DNA of 63,961 bases, filler included, from Platydemus manokwari (GCA_037951405.1; 6 parts of 6 records of this genome joined end to end with filler, not necessarily neighbours in it), one strand, 5' to 3'. Shown: positions 12,701 to 29,100, numbered from the whole stretch's first letter. Notes: a model not told the origin generated them from the letters alone. A program made the numbers and translations.

Positions 12701-14668
12701 ATCAATTTTCGATAAAATCCTCCTGTAATTCATAATAAAGATCATCATGAGAACTCAAAAAGTTTCTCTAAATCTTGATCACAAATACAAATATTCCCTT
12801 CAGTGATAATTGAATTGACTAAATCGATAACCACGCCCTTGAAACAATGAGTTGTATCGATGTATAGTCTAGGAAAACTTTCCGTCTAATTGCAAAAAGA
12901 ATAAGTCAATTCAATGAAAAATACACGATGTAAAAGAAAGAAAGCTGTACTGAAAACAAAGAAAACAATGCCTGTTCTGATAAGATTATCAACAAACCGT
13001 TCTATCAAGCGTGATCGGTACGACGGGGAAAATGTTTAATCTTTCCAGAAACTTTTAGAAACCGATCAATTGTTTGCCGGAAATAATTAGTGCACCATAA
13101 TTTGTGCAAATTCACTGGCAGAGAAAATGTCATAGTCAGACAGGCAAGGATCCGGAATTTTTCCCCAATAATAACCAGACCAGAAATTTAAACCCAACCA
13201 TTTTCAATATTTTTTTCTAACAATGATAGCAACATTTTCCCGTTTTCATTCTATTATGGTAAACCAACAGAAAATTTATTTGTCAAGTATAAAATTATTT
13301 TTATCAATTCAAACAAACAACGGAGTAGGAAGGGATTATTTAAATCTCCTACCGTCGATGTAATTTGAATGAAAATTTTTGTTTTTCAATGCAGTGTAAA
13401 TATTTTTTCGACACACACATGTGTTGGAATAATAGTTGAAAGTCAGGCTGGCAATGTATCATGTATGGATTAAAAAAAACAGAAGAAAACGGTATTTCTG
13501 GCTTGGTATTGTAACACGTTCGATTTTTCAGTACATTACTGCTATTGGATTCTGGTGGCAAAATACTCAACATCATAGAATCGAATTTTATTGTATTTCT
13601 TTTTTACTATTCAATGCTTGTTTTACTACAGAATTTGGTTCCCAGGAGTTTCTTAAGAAGAATTTACGCTTCCTTTAACTGAAAGACTGGACTTAATGTT
13701 GAAAAGATGAAATTCTGGCATTGAGATGTTAAAAAGCATTACAAGTATTGAAATACAATATTCCTAAATAATTATAAAAGCTTTGGATTTGTTTTAATGG
13801 TGTCGGTTTTCGAGTATTTACTATGGTAATGAAATAATACATCAAGTATTGAGCCAATTTTTGTAATATTATTTCGTAATTTTTACATATTAAAAATCAT
13901 AATAAAATTTTTAACAAAAGATTGAACTAAATTTTACTTAAATCTTGAATTTAAAATTCAAGATACTTGATTAAAGTACTCTTTCATTTTTGAGAGTAGT
14001 ATTTGTAAGGTTAAGAAAAAGTTAATACAAAAATTATCTGAGCTAATACAAACAAATTTTTATGGGAAATATTTTAGAATGAGGAATAAGAAGATATTAT
14101 TTTCTGTTTTCTTTGCAATAACAATTTTGTAAGAATAAATATAAATTCACTGATTGTTGTGGCCTATGTTTCATAGATGATTTGAATGTTTTGTAGAATG
14201 TTTAAGAATTCCAATCATCATTGGACTAAATTGTCTTATATTAAATCATTTCAAATAAAAGAACTACAGACCAGAAACAACGAATCGGTTGCAATTTTTC
14301 TCCGATAATTGTTAATAATGGAATTTTTAATGAATGAGTTTTAAAAATATAACTGATATGGTTCCATTAGAAGTTATTTCATTGTTCAGACTACTCGATT
14401 CCTTTATTAATCTAATTGTATTATAATTTTTCATCGTCAATGACACAACTTTATTAGCTGAATATATTTTTTCTTATCATCTCGGGATTGGAGAAATCGT
14501 ATATTTTACTTAGAATATATAATACCATATATTTTGATGGTATTGTTATGAATTTTCATTTGAAGAAAACAAGAATAAATGGATGACTGAAATTATTTTT
14601 GAAAATTATTCTAGTATATTGCATTTGTTTTTATTAGCTTTTAAATTCTTTTAAATTTTTATGAATTA

Positions 14669-14675
<7 letters not shown>

Positions 14676-14733
<58 letters not shown>
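14676..14733. repeat. Compound (TA)n(TG)n microsatellite
   Basis: Seen directly. Confidence 0.97.
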
Positions 14734-17700
14734 TTGTGACAGTGAGTGTGTAGGTTGTGCCTCTCATCCTATTCTGAGCTTATTTTTATGAATTTATAGG
14801 CAGCCCATAGTTCATTTCATTTTCTTTAACACAATCAATATTGATAGTCTTGAAGTAGAAGTACGAAATTAATTACATTGTTATCCAGTTCATTATATTA
14901 TAAATTATATTAAATTATAACAAAATATAATGAATACATAAAATATAAAATAGCTTTCTTGTGTTTATACTTTACGGAATATTATTTATTTTTATTTTAT
15001 TTGGACTTTTTAATGGAGACAGTTCCCCTTGCTTATCTAAAAAGAAAACTCAGCTGATTGCTAATAGTTATCGAATAATGAAAATCTGACTAAAAAGACT
15101 ATCCAGCTTCAGTTTGATATTTAATTTATGGATTCGAAAACATTCCCTTGTCATCCATAAGATATTAAAAAAAATTTCAGCTTATTTGAAATGTTTTTCC
15201 CCAAAAATAAAATCCAAACTTGTTTCACCGATTGTTGATTGTTGATGGAATTTATTGTTGTAGAATTTTGCTACATTTCATAATGACGAGAAATTGGAAT
15301 ATGTAACGAATCAGGTCAACTAATTTGTATTTGGTATATCATTTATGATTTTGCTGTGATGCTGGAATTGATGAAAATGAATAATTCATCGAAAAATCAT
15401 CAATTCATGTATGACTACTTTCGACAAATTTTAGAAATGGAATTTGTGTTTCATTGTCCATTTTTATTCTGTTGTATTCTTCCAATAATAATGTGTCATA
15501 CCCGATTATGTTTTATATTTTTAGTTTTGGTTTCTTTTATATAAATATTTAGATTTAAATAAATGTAAAAAAATCCCAAGTAAACAGATATTGATTGAAA
15601 TCTAAAATAATTTATTTTATGAATATTTAATTTAATTAAGTTTTAATTATTTTATTTTTTACTTTCACTAATTTTTCTTAATTTTTTAGTTTTTTTAAAA
15701 AAAATTTTCTTAGTTTTTTATTTAATTATATTTAATTAATCATATTTTAATTATATTTTATTAATTTAATTGTTAATTTTGTATTTATTAATTCATTACC
15801 AAAAATAATTAGCTAATAAATTGTGATTGACACACTGATTTGGAATTAAAATCCAATTACAACACGCGCCCACAATTCATTGGTGAGTGTTAATGAAGTT
15901 AAGTAAAGTAATCACGGATTCGATTCCGGCATTGAACGAAATTGTGATTATCAAGTACAAATCACTGAAAAGCAGTACTAACAATAGTCGGAATCATTAA
16001 TCTCACAGTAATAATAAAATAGAAATATGTATATTAAAGATAATATTTCAGATCTAGTAGTTTGTTGTTGTTGTCGATCCATTAAAAAATCCATAACAAA
16101 TAATGTGGAAAACCTTTTTGGTGAATAACGTATAAATTGCATTTTTCTCTCTTATACAACTCCCCGTTGTCTGTAAAATTAATTTACAAACCCTATTTAA
16201 TGGGGAAAAATAATTTGCTTAGCATTAGATTTTTTGTTTTGACTTGGCCTTGTAATTTATTTTCGCATTATTTGTTTTTATAATTCGTTATCGTCGATGA
16301 CGTCACTGTGCATTGAAAACATTCTCATCTCTCAAAATGCGATGTCAGCAAATATTGTAATTAATTAAATGCAGAATCCATTAGCAGTTTCTAATTATTC
16401 CTTTAATTAATTATTAATTAATCGACATAACAGTACTAATGTTGTTTTAATTAATTACCGGACTTACATATATTAGCGGTATTATAGCTACTGAGGGATA
16501 GAGATTAATTTCGTGTGTTTGTTTTAATTATTAAAAAAATTACAGGGCAAAATATTTTTTTTATTATTTTATTTATAAATCACATTTTAATGACAACTCA
16601 CCAGACGAAAAAATATGAATAGCAATCTCAGTGATTGATATATAATATAATAATGTCGTTTATATGTTACAGATTACTTTTATTAATTAAATTATTATTC
16701 GATTATTTAATTTATTTATTTATTTTTATTAGCTTTAGATATTTAATTTTTACATTTATAAAATCTATTTTCAAATAATTATATTTTTTTGTTTTAATCA
16801 CTTAATTAATTGCTTATAATTCAACCAAACCAGATTCCAATTTGCTCTTAATTAAAAACCAAAACACATTCGAAATATTATTTTTTTTCTGAAAAAAAAA
16901 GCGAAATATTTTTTCCCTTCCAACAATTTGTTCTTCTGATGAAAATCAATAAAGTAAATTATTAATTAAAGAAAGAAGAAATTGAAATTTTTTAAAAGAA
17001 AATTCATTTTTTTTCTACCATTAAATGAATCCTGATATCGTTGTTGAGTCGTTGAAAGATTGGCATAATTGATGTCCTTATCGCATGGTAAAATCTTTAA
17101 TCAGCAAGTCTACTAAAAATTTTCAGAAAAAAAAACATCAACAACAATTTGGGGCAAAATACTGAAACAACTAATGTTTTGCTGTGTAAAAATATTTTAA
17201 TGACAATGGGGGAAATTTATGTGTCTACAAATTAATGGCAGAATAGCGGAAATGATAAATTATTCCTCCAACGATTTACCGATCACATGGATTACCCATA
17301 ACGCTTTTTTGATTATTATTATTAATTTGAGGATAATTAGATGACTTAGCTTTCATTTCACTGTCAGCTGTTTTAATGTTTCTGTTTTCTGAATATTTCA
17401 ATGCTGTTTTAAAATGAATGCTTCACATATTATATTTTTACGTCTATAATTACTGATGTCTGTTTACGTGTAACGTTTATTGGATTGTTACATCACACGG
17501 CCATATATTCATTGAGTTATTTTTCAATTCGATCTCGTAGCATGTTTGATACATTTGGTTCATAACATGTATTCAGATGTCAATTTATATTTATTCTTGC
17601 TTTATTGATCGATATGAAGTATTATAATAGGAATCGATAGGCACCATATAACCAGATGAATCTCCATGAAAACTCATTGAACAGGAAAGATTATTGAAGA

Positions 17701-18314
17701 CCATCAGTCAATCTTCGATATCTTACATGAAAAAGACAGGAACGATGCTTGTACTGAAGATTAGTTTGAATTATTCTATTCAAATAATATATTTAAAATT
17801 TCAACCATTTTATACATAATATCTGTGTGCTCATAATTAAAATATATAATTGAAATATTCCGACCAACCTGTAATAACTTATAACAACTATTCTTCAAAC
17901 TTGTTGTGAAATTTATCGATAACATAAAATTCGTTCAAAGTTAAGAAAGAGGGTCCTAAAATGAAATTTTAAATTTGTTGAGTGTATTGCAATATTCTAT
18001 ATAGTTTATTTAATTATATTCTTTAAAACATTTTGAATTTTTTATTTAAGTACTTAAGAAGAATTTAAGTCGTTTGAAATAAAATATCAAATACATTACA
18101 TATTGGAAATCTCCTAAAAATGTTATTATTTGAAAAAGGGATCAAAGTAGGTCGAATTGCAAATTTATTGAAAATTAGCTAGAAGACACCTTTCAAACAT
18201 TAGAAGCAAGTTGATAGATACTCTAAATTTTTACAATTATTTTATAAAAATAACCAATGATTTTATAAGGCATGAATTTAATGTATTTAACTAACTCGAT
18301 TTATAATTTTAGTA

Positions 18315-18540
18315 AAAATTTAAATTTAACAGTTCAAATAATCGTATAGAAGTGTTGTGATTAGAATAGGAACTTGGTTTTCAAACTTTGTTTTGTCCGT
18401 ATTAGATATCGTAAAAAGTGAGGTACGAACTGAATTATACGAATAAATCAAACATGGCAATTATATATAAAATTAAGTTATAAAATTATTCATTATTATG
18501 AAAGTAGGTCAAAGGATCCCTTTTCTTACCTTAGGCCTTA
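18315..18540 (+). repeat. Dispersed repeat family A, copy 2
   Basis: Colinear similarity to 1-230. Confidence 0.8.
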
Positions 18541-21500
18541 AGGATTTTTCATTATACATTATATTATTCATTATAATATTACAAATAAATTTGAAAATTT
18601 AAACATGAACCGGTGTTGTAGAAATTTCGTAGCAACAACAAACATTTGTCACGGAAGCATAATCAGAAATGGAAAAAAAAATTAAAGATTTTCTTTTAAT
18701 TAGAATAAAATTAAAATCCACAACCATGTCCGGGACTGTTATTTAGACAATCCTACTTGAATCCATAAATTTATTAGCTTTATAAATAATGAAAATATTC
18801 TCATAAAAAATCCATTTTCAAACACCGATATTTGTAAGTTCTGTTTCCAGATAAGATATTTGCCAAAATTCATTGCAAATATAATTCAAGCTATTCCATA
18901 TATTCAATTCAGGCGTGGCGGATTTATCTAAAGAAATAAATATTGATAAATGAAACCGTCGCTCTATAAATCTGAAAACACAAATAGATAAAGATTGATT
19001 TTCAGGATTAAGTGAGTCACACCCGATCTTTGAATTTTTTTTCATTTTATTTTCATTTGATGAATTTACTATGTTAGATTTCAGTGTTCATTTTAATTTG
19101 AGTTGATTGGGAATTTAAAACCATTTCCAGATCAGTTTATAATAAATTATTTAATTGTTTCTTTTTATAATTGGAGATCTTTTTCACAATTTTTTTTTAA
19201 TATTTAGCTAATCAGGGTTAAATAGCCCCTTTTTGTTTGAGAGGTTTTTGTAAAAATATTTAAAAATTTTCGACTATTTTTAATAGTTCTTTCTATATTT
19301 GTTGAATTTCTTGTAATTTTTTATTATTTCCAATGGATTATCGGTTATGGAATCGTTTACTCCTTTAGGTGTGGAAATTTCAATGGGAAATTCCAGTTTT
19401 TTTATAATTGATTTAAAATATTTAGTAATTTTATATTATTTGGTGGAATTTTATTTTATTATTATTTATCAAATAATTTATTTATTTGAGAATTAATAAG
19501 TACCAATTATATTTAAAAATTAACTTACGCCACATATAAACTAAAATTGAAGAGTTTCCGATATCGAAACTACAAAGCAATTTTTAGTTAAGAATTTAGT
19601 TGTTTCAGAACATTATAGTTAAATGTGTGTGAATTGAAGTTAAAATATTCGTTAATTTATTAAGTAAAGGATAAATCAAAAGTAAATGTAAACATTTAAT
19701 AAATAAATCATTTGAACAATATAAATTAAAGTGAACAAAAAAGTTGGTTAAAAACTAACTGGTATAGTTAATAATAAATGTATAAAATAAGAATAAAATT
19801 TAACACTGCTACAGTTGATAATTAAAGACTAAACATGTTTAAGAAAATGAGTTATGAAATATTAATCATATCACTCAAAATAATTAATTGAAATATTTAT
19901 AGAAGGAAAAATAAATTAAACCAGCAAATCAAACCGGAAAACAATTTTTTTAAAGCTTTCGCTTATGGAATTAATACTTTTTGGTTCGGCTGTATGATTT
20001 GGTCTTCTTATACAATCACAAGCACAGAACCTTATGTAATGAAATTGTAAATCAGCTCGATGGCGTCAGCGGAACTTATCGACTTCAACCATCGATCTGT
20101 CTCTGACTGAAGTTCATATTCATTCTGTCTAGAGGTACCAAGAAGTCTAGAACTTAAAAGGGGCAAAAAAATGTCCATAAAAATACAAATAAGGTTCTAG
20201 TACCTGAATATGAAAAAAAATAGAGGAAAGACAAAGATGACACGATTGAACTGGAACAAAGATCATACATCTGTATAAAAAACAACCTATTAGAGTAATG
20301 GCCAGATTGTTCACTACCTTTTAGTCTAAAATCTTCATCAAGAAATAGAAGAATTTGCTCATTTTTATTTCAGTACTAATATTCTTACAGTATAAAAGTA
20401 TCGAGTAAAAGTATTTTTTATTATAAAAAATAAATTCAAGTAAATAAATTATTATTTACCATACCCATACTTTTATTCCATTGTTATTTAATCAATAAGG
20501 CTTGAACAAAAAGTTTGTTGATATGGTCTTGTGTTTAATCTGAATTGTTATTCGAAAGCAGGATTTGAGGTAAATTTAATGATTTTATTTCATGTTAGTA
20601 CAGAATAGTCAACATCATGAGAGAAGAACAAAGTGACGATTGGTCAAACTATTTCGATTGGCGATCCTACAAATCAAATGTTGTCAGATTTAGTTCAGCT
20701 ATTGGTATTGTGAGAATTTTTAAATAAATTAAATTTTAAAAAATTTAATTAAAGTTTTATATAAAATAATATTAATTTGTTTACAAAATTGTCTTTAAAT
20801 CTATAATTTAGTTGTCGTGACTTTTCAATTCGTTTTCAATCCGTGATTTTTTTTTAAAAAAAAAAGCAGCTTACAGCTATTAATAAAAGTTTTTCTAGCT
20901 TCTATAAATATGTTATTGATTTTTTAATAAAAGAAAATATCAAAACTGAAAATATTAAAAAAGANNNNNNNNNNNNNNNNNNNNNNNNNNNNNNNNNNNN
21001 NNNNNNNNTTAATTAATTAANNNNNNNNNNNNNNNNNNNNNNNNNNNNNNNNNNNNNNNNNNNNATGATTTGCTACAGCACACACACAAGTGTTTACATC
21101 TGGTGTCAAATTCCGGTTATTAAGTTATAGACCCAATATAATCGATTTATACATGATTTTTTCCATGACGAGATGATCTTTACAATCAAGATAGACGTGC
21201 TCTATCACATACAATGAATAAAAATATAAAGAAGACTATACTGTCTCTCAGATAAACCTTATAAACAACAGATAATAACAATAAACAATATAATAGAAAT
21301 ACCTATACTGGTATCCCTTTCACGTACGTTGAAATTTGTTCATTCAAAGCATTTTCAAGTTTTAGGTACTTTAAGAAGAATTTTCGTTGTTCGACATTAA
21401 CTTTACCATCTCTCGAAAATTTGATCATTTGAAAAAAATAGATCAAAAGGCAATTTATTGAGAATTTACTTGGACCTCTTTTGTTTTTTTAGAAGCAAAT

Positions 21501-21609
21501 TCAGAGATGCTCTAATTGTTTATATTTATTTTTTGAAACAAGTAATATTAGATTTTTAAACATGTCCGGAAGAATTAAGGAATTAAATTTACAAAATTAA
21601 AAAATTTGA

Positions 21610-21720
21610 TTGAAGTGTTGTGATTAGATTAGGAACCTGGTGTGATAATTCTGTTTTGTCCCTGTTTGATATTTTAAAAGGGCGTTATCAACTGAATTTC
21701 ATCAATAAATAAAGCATCAC
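21610..21720 (+). repeat. Dispersed repeat family A, copy 3 (diverged)
   Basis: GAAGTGTTGTGATTAGATTAGGAACCTGG...CTGAATTT matches 28-130. Confidence 0.7.
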
Positions 21721-23959
21721 AAAATGATAAAAAAATTCCACAAAAATACCGCTAAATATGTTTAAAATATTTATTATTATATAAAATTTGTTTACATCAT
21801 CAGTTCTTTTCAATTTCTATTCCAAAACCGAAATGGGATAATCTTTGATTCAGAAATTGTGAGACAATGATTAAATTAGCATTTAAATTATTACTTCATC
21901 TGTAATTATAGATCGGTAAAGTCGGATCAATCAATTACAAGTTTGATCAGATGTCTTGTAGATGCCGTCCAAGTATAAGTTATAAACACGACACTGTTAA
22001 CCATTTAAATTGCTTCATCAATCATCGAAACCGAATGATTTTAAATCGCATTAACAAAGAACAATTATTTCATACAATTTTGATAAAAAATTATAATCTT
22101 TTATAAAATCTGAGAAAATTATATATAAAATTAAATTATAAAACATTATTACATACTCGAAAATTTGTCATAATTAAATTAGGTCAAATGTGATATTGAT
22201 TGAATTGAATCGTCATTCTATATTGATAATTTATGAATATATTGTGATTCTCTATTGTCCATTATTCATTGGTTAAAGAAGAGCATATGAAAAAATCATT
22301 CACGAAAAAAAGGATAAAGAATGTCGTTGGAATCAGCTCGAAACAATAACTGGATTGAATTTAACAAAAATCACTGATATAAATACCTTGCGACAAATGA
22401 TTCATCTAGAATCTGGAGAACTACATAAAAAGGAGCACAGCAACAGTAAGTTATTTTTTAAATATATTTTTAAATTTTATGATCGTGTTTTATTGAATTA
22501 AAAGTAATGAAGCAAAAATAAATAAACCTGACTCCTATTGGTTATAATCATTAAACTATACTCGATATCGATAATAAATTCACCAATTTTTATTTAAAAA
22601 AGTATATTAACATAAATTCTGTATTCTCTTATTTGTTATCAGCAATGTCTAATCGATAATCTATGAGCCATTCGCACGGGGCTTTTTTGGAGTTGAATCA
22701 AACTAATAATTTTATATTTTGTTGGGTCTGCTTGATGAAGAGCACAATAATTCTCGCTATCTCTTATTCTGATTCCAAAAGACAAATAATTTGATTTCTC
22801 AGATGTATTTATTATTATACTGTACAAGCTCTTTCATTGTAAGAGATTAAATCCATTAAAAAGTTCGAACCAAAATCCTGACACAAAATTGAAAATACTC
22901 CTGGCATTACAAATCCCATTTTAAACACCATTACGACACGACTAAATATTACTGGCGATCACATATACTTATATTCTAAACTTTCTAAATTATCGGTACT
23001 ATTCACGAATACCCTATACACAATCAATAATAAAGAATTAAAATAACCTGTATTTACTTGAAATGTTTCTCTGGAATTCGCTTCTTAGTTAATATCAATC
23101 TTCAATTGATTGCCATTCCTTTAATTATCGTTATGCTAGCAACACTGCCGCAAATTTATAAAATGGCAAGTCAATAAATATCAATAATTTCTTGATTTGG
23201 AAATTTATTTATTATTTCTAATTTTTACTTGAATTGTTTAAATAACTAATTTCATTGTTTATTTTTATTATTATTTTAATATAACAGTTATTTTTATTAA
23301 TAATAATTTTATTTTACCAATTATTATTCTCTTTCAATTTTATTTATTTATTTTTATCATTAAAATTATCAAAATCAATTATTTTAATTTATTTTAGTTA
23401 ATTATTTTTTATTATTTCATTTTTATTTATTATTTTTATTTGATGGGCTCTTCAATTTTATGTTTCTCATTATATAAGTAATTTCGATTTGTCCTTGCCG
23501 TATTTTTCAAATCATCTTCAGTACATGTTTATAAAAATAGTAAAATACAATCTCATATAAAAATTCGAATAAATATCACCAATTAAAATTAAATCACAAA
23601 CCATAGAATTTATTAATGAAAACTGTGTTCAAATATGTTGTAATTTATTCATTAGTTCCTGTTAATGATATTCGACAACGCATTTACAGCGCGATGACGC
23701 TATTTATATTTCTATTATATTGAAACGTAAGTAAATAAGTGTTTTATTCTATTAATAACCTGTAGACAAAATGTAAATATAATATTTTTTTACCGTGTTT
23801 GACTTGTTCAAATCAATATTTATTATATACTTTATTATATTGATTATATATTTACATTACTACCCTTATCGATTAAAAGCTATCCTGTTTCAATTATCGT
23901 TCAATAAAATTTGTTACTATCAGACTAATTAAAAGATTTTCGAATATTGTTTTCTATTA

Positions 23960-24349
23960 CCGTATTTTTCTAACTAAAAATCCTTATATTTGCAAAAAAA
24001 TCTGCAATGCACATGATATTCCGGCGCGCTTTATGTATGGCTCATGGTTGTGCTGAGGCCTAGTGAGCTGGAACCAATTTCTATGTTCACAAAATCTGTT
24101 AAAATGTTTTATTACGACTTTGGTAATTGACGAAGCCACCTTGATTGACCTCGTAAAGTCAGCTTTTTATGTTCTCTTTACAGATTCTGAGCAGAAGGAA
24201 TGATTTTATGAGTGTTGCTGTTAATGAGTTGAATAAAGTCTGACCTATAAGACTATTTTGTTTCACTTTATGCGCCTTATAATTCGGTGAGGCATGTATG
24301 AAAATAAATCCGTTTATTGATACTGCGTCTTATCGTCCGAAAAATACGG
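23960..24349. mobile_element. Pogo/Tigger-like (Tc1/mariner superfamily) MITE, 390 bp, TA target duplication
   Basis: TA-CCGTATTTTTC ... GAAAAATACGG-TA terminal inverted repeats. Subterminal GCGCCTTATA / GCGTCTTAT motifs. Confidence 0.8.
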
Positions 24350-25794
24350 TAACAACTATTGATTATAAATTTTTATTATTTGTGATCGCGACATATTTGA
24401 TTAAATGGAAATCTATAATGTTTAGTGAGTTAGAACATTTGACCACTCAGAATAATTCCAGTGAATCGATTAGGATAGAATGAAATAGATGTTACCCCAT
24501 TGTCAAATACAAGTTTGGATAAATAATTCACCATTTGACATTTAGATTGGTTAAGATTTTCAAATTCAATACTTTATTTAAATATTCTGGTAAAATTTAT
24601 TTTCAAATTTAATTGATGGAAATTCTTGTTCTGTTAATAGATTTTCTAATTTATTTTCTAATACACGCTGTGAAGTTTGAATCTGCTTTGTTAGAAAATA
24701 ATCCTTCTTGATGTGGTGGCACATGTCCTCTCATCATTTATACAGTATATAAAAGGTTCGCTAAGTCCGATGAGATCTTAAAGAGGTTGTTCAAATGTGA
24801 ATGGCTCATTTCCAAAATTATAGCTATAAATTCAAAATAAAATACTTGAGGCACTAAGATATATTCGATTAAAACAATAATTTTAAGAACAATGATTAAA
24901 TAAAATTTCAACATGTTGGCTTCAGATGCTATTCTACAAGGTATATACAAATCTGTGTGACTCTAATGAGCGGTGCATCCTCTGGGAAAAGGTAGGAGAA
25001 GAATGATAAATGAGTTTAAATTTCTTATTTATTTTTGAAGTGAACTCAAATGAAAAACTTAATGAAAAATTAACTCAAAGCATCAAAAACCGATAGTAAA
25101 GTGAATGTCCGAGTAGAGTTTATAAATCAAGTAGTGAAAAAATTAACAGAAAACTTCTAAATTGCGGGTAGTTACTTTAGCTTCATAAATTAAATTTATC
25201 TTCCCTTACTGATGATGGCAATTGGTCTGACAAATTGCTGGAGTACAAGATTAATTGTTCGTCTGTATGGTGATTTGAACTCTGTTGAGTATTGGTATTT
25301 GTTTTTTGTTACATTAAAGAAACCTGAATTCTGTTTATCTTTGTTCCTAACTTTCTTTGCCAAAACTAAGTGATTTTTGGCTTTGGTTTCTTTTGTTTGG
25401 CGGCAAACAAAGGATATTTAAACATTTTCTTTGTCTTCTTCAGATTGTTTTTTCAAAAATGGATTTACCTTGAATGAGAATTATCGCTTTATGTGTGTAT
25501 CATTGATTATTTCTGCATAAATGTTGTCTAATTATTTCTTGTTTTCAAAATCGAAAATCAAAGAAAATTTTTAAAGAAATTTTTAAACTTATTTATTATG
25601 GATTTTAAGATGCTATTAACAGTTACTATTTCACATAGTACGCTATTAAAACTAATCGAAAGGTCACAACACGTAAAATATATTTAACCAAATTATTTAA
25701 ATTCGGACAAAATTGATATTATCTATTTTCAATATAAATTCCGATAAATCGTTTGAAATTTAATAGAAATCATCACAAATGCTATGCTTTAAAC

Positions 25795-26136
25795 CAGTGG
25801 TCTTCACACTCTTTATGTTGCAAACCACTTTGCGAGACCCAATTTTTTCGCGACAACTTGAGACTAAAATAAAACTAATAAAGTAAATTTTTTTAATAAA
25901 AAATTTGTTAAGACCAAAAAATTGAAATTTATGTAATGATTACAACTATTTTGCATATTCTGGTACAAAACATCAAATCTTGACTCTATTTTGGTGATGA
26001 CTAGTCTCGGTCCTAATTCCAGATCTTAAAAATTCTATCAATATTTTATCCTATTATAAGTCAGTGTCAAAAATAAAATTTCACGTGACCCCTTAAAATT
26101 TTTTCGCGCTCCCTCCTTACTGCTGCTTACACACTG
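25795..26136. mobile_element. hAT (Charlie-like) non-autonomous element, 342 bp
   Basis: CAGTG...CACTG ends. Perfect 8-bp TSD CTTTAAAC (25787-25794 and 26137-26144). Internal CGCGAC/CGTGACCC motifs. Confidence 0.8.
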
Positions 26137-29100
26137 CTTTAAACCATGTCTATCGATAATAAATAATTATTTCCTTTGAATTTGTTCTATAGTTTGATTT
26201 ATTCCGAAAAATTTCATGTTCAGGTTCAATAATGCCAATAAATAACGAATCCCAAGATTCTTCTACATTTCATACGAGTGCTGAACATCATGGAATTCTG
26301 GGATCAGAAAAGCTGTCCTTAAAGTGAGTCTTTTTATTGAAAACTGCTTATATGTATAATAACAAGAATATTTATTTTTAAATTCAATTTAACACTACTT
26401 GGTATGATGCACAGTAACGAATCAGAAATAAGAACCTATCGATCAAATAATTTTATGATTTAAAAAGTGTCTTAACATTTATAAATTTAATATGAAATAT
26501 TATCAAGTAGGATATGATTGTTTAATTATGTCGAAATAGAAATATTAGCCGAATCTATTAATCAATCAATATCTTAACGATTTTGTTAATTTCAATCGAA
26601 TGATACATACATTTTTAAAATAAAAATTTAAATGGCGTTCATATTTATAAATACTTTATAAGTCTAATTTTAAAAGAAAGACAATATATCAAGGTTTTGA
26701 TTTATTCCTATCAAACAACGTTGATTAATGCTACTAAATTTATCATTTGTAATAAAAAGACGAGAATGTCATGTATATTGAAAGATTTGGAAATTCTGGC
26801 AAGTTACTGATTGATTGTATTATATCAGACTGAACATGGCAATCACTAATTGATCATCATATTCCTCTGATCGACAAATATTATTGTAATCATCATGTCC
26901 ATGATTGGAAATATAAAAAACAAACTTATGGGAAGATTACAACAATTTTCACTTTACCGAAGTTTAAATTAAAAAATTCAGTCAAAAATCCAACGATATT
27001 TGCTGTACAAATTAAAAATATTTTTGACTAATATTGAAAAATTGTAAAAATTTATTTTTCGATCATTTTAAATTTAACTAGATTTTTAGAAACATGATAT
27101 TTAGTGATTTACAAAGAACTCGTAAACATGTACTGTATGAGCACTACCTGCACAACGGTACCGTTGTTCTCGTCTGTGAATAAGCACTGATTTTAGAGAC
27201 AATCATAATATGATTCAGTATGACTAGTGACAAAAACTGCTCCTAGTTATGGGTTACATATTTTGTATTTGATTATATGTAATTGATATGAGCTGCTGCG
27301 CGGATTAGCTACGACATCTGCATTTTCTGTAATAAACAAAAATCAATAAATTTGTTTAAATATCTGTTGTATTTTTAAAATGTTTAAATTCGCATTAAAA
27401 TGACTAGCAATTGTGAACAACAACAACAACAGAAACAGCGAAGGTCTTTCAGTACGGAAAAGAAACTATTGAAGTAGCATCACATTTATTACATGAAATA
27501 CATATTATTCCGCCTATATTGAGCTCAAAGTTATAGCCAGTAGAGGTTACTGTTAACCTTTCATTAAAATATTAATTGCGCCAGTACGAGAAGATTGGAT
27601 CATCGATGATTATGAGAACATCGCATTTACCAAGTCAACTAATATGAAACCCGGTGATTGAGATACTATTTTCATACCTGAAATTAAATGGTTTTTATTC
27701 ATATTAGTTGCAGATGAAAATTTCCCAACAACTTATAGTCAATATTTCACAATAGTATTGAATAATTCTTTTGTAATCATCTCAACTAATAATAATATTT
27801 TCACTGAATTGACGAATCATTATTTATAGATGTTCGACTATTTAAATAATCACAGTGAATTAAGGTAAAAGATATTTAAATAAATAACCTGGATACAAAA
27901 CCGCACCCTGAATGAAGCATGGATTTGTAATTTCAAATCTCAACCGAATTTTTATCGAGATAATTGATTTCTACACTTTTCAATTTAGAATGTAAATTAG
28001 TTCATTTGTTGAAATACAAGACGATTTGTTTTAATTTATTTAAAATTAACATTTCGTCAACATTGTTCGATATCTGCTTGCTAGAATGTTTTATACAGCA
28101 TTTAATTACATAACAATTTGTTTCATTCACGACATAGCTTTTGAATAAAATGATAAAATATTGCTTATAATTATTTTACGGTTAACGTGGTATTTTATGT
28201 TTGAATCCTTAATTAGACTTAATTTTTGAAAAAAATTTAAAAGTTGCGGCTGCCAAGACAATTGTTATGGTTACCATCACCTAAACGATCTAGTCTTATT
28301 CATTATAAATTATATTATTCGGGATTTCACGAGTTAAAAAATAAAATAAAATAAAGGTGAACCTTTTTACTAATACCAAGTTCCGAAATAGTTGTGCCTT
28401 TCTTTGAAATCTGCAATTTAATTATCTGTAAATTAATGATATCAGTTAGCCAGTCTCTATTATATTACTCTTGAATCGATATATTTCATCTACTATATGT
28501 GTTGCTATGTTTGGTTGGACAGTAATAAAATTTTCATATTCATTTTCAAACTTATCGATTATATTTTGGAAGTAAAAAATTTTTCAATTTTCATTTTCAT
28601 GAGATTGTTCGAGTAAAAAATTATTTGATTGAACCCGACAACGATTAATAATATTTCGAGACCAATATTGGATCCCTGAATACATCATTGGTTTTTAGAG
28701 GATAAGGATATTGGATTTCAAATGTCAACCCTTATTTTGATTGTATTCCGATAAGTTCAAGATATTTAAGTGATCATTAGAACGTGATAATAGTTGCTCA
28801 ATAAAGTGGGTTTCATATTCCATTAACATGAACATTATTATCTAATCTTTAGTAGAACTGAACTATTTTAATTGTTCTCTAACAAATTGAATGAAGATTA
28901 TCTCATGATTATATTTTTATTTACTTTTTCATTTATTCTTGGTGAATTTTGTTTTATCGTAAATTTTAAATTTTAGCACGTATCGAAATCTAACGCATAA
29001 ATTATCATTGATTTTTGTATATTTTTTAGAATTAAAATTCGACTCCAAAAAAATAAGATCTTCGCCAATAAACTGTTGTTTGATGATTTGGCTTTTGAAA

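Noticed and set aside
15860-15940. B-box-like GGATTCGATTCC suggesting a tRNA or SINE
   Set aside because: No cloverleaf, acceptor stem or convincing A box.
17026-17760. Possible bHLH-PAS-like exons
   Set aside because: Only a short SIFDILHEKD resemblance. Frames contain stops and cannot be spliced consistently.
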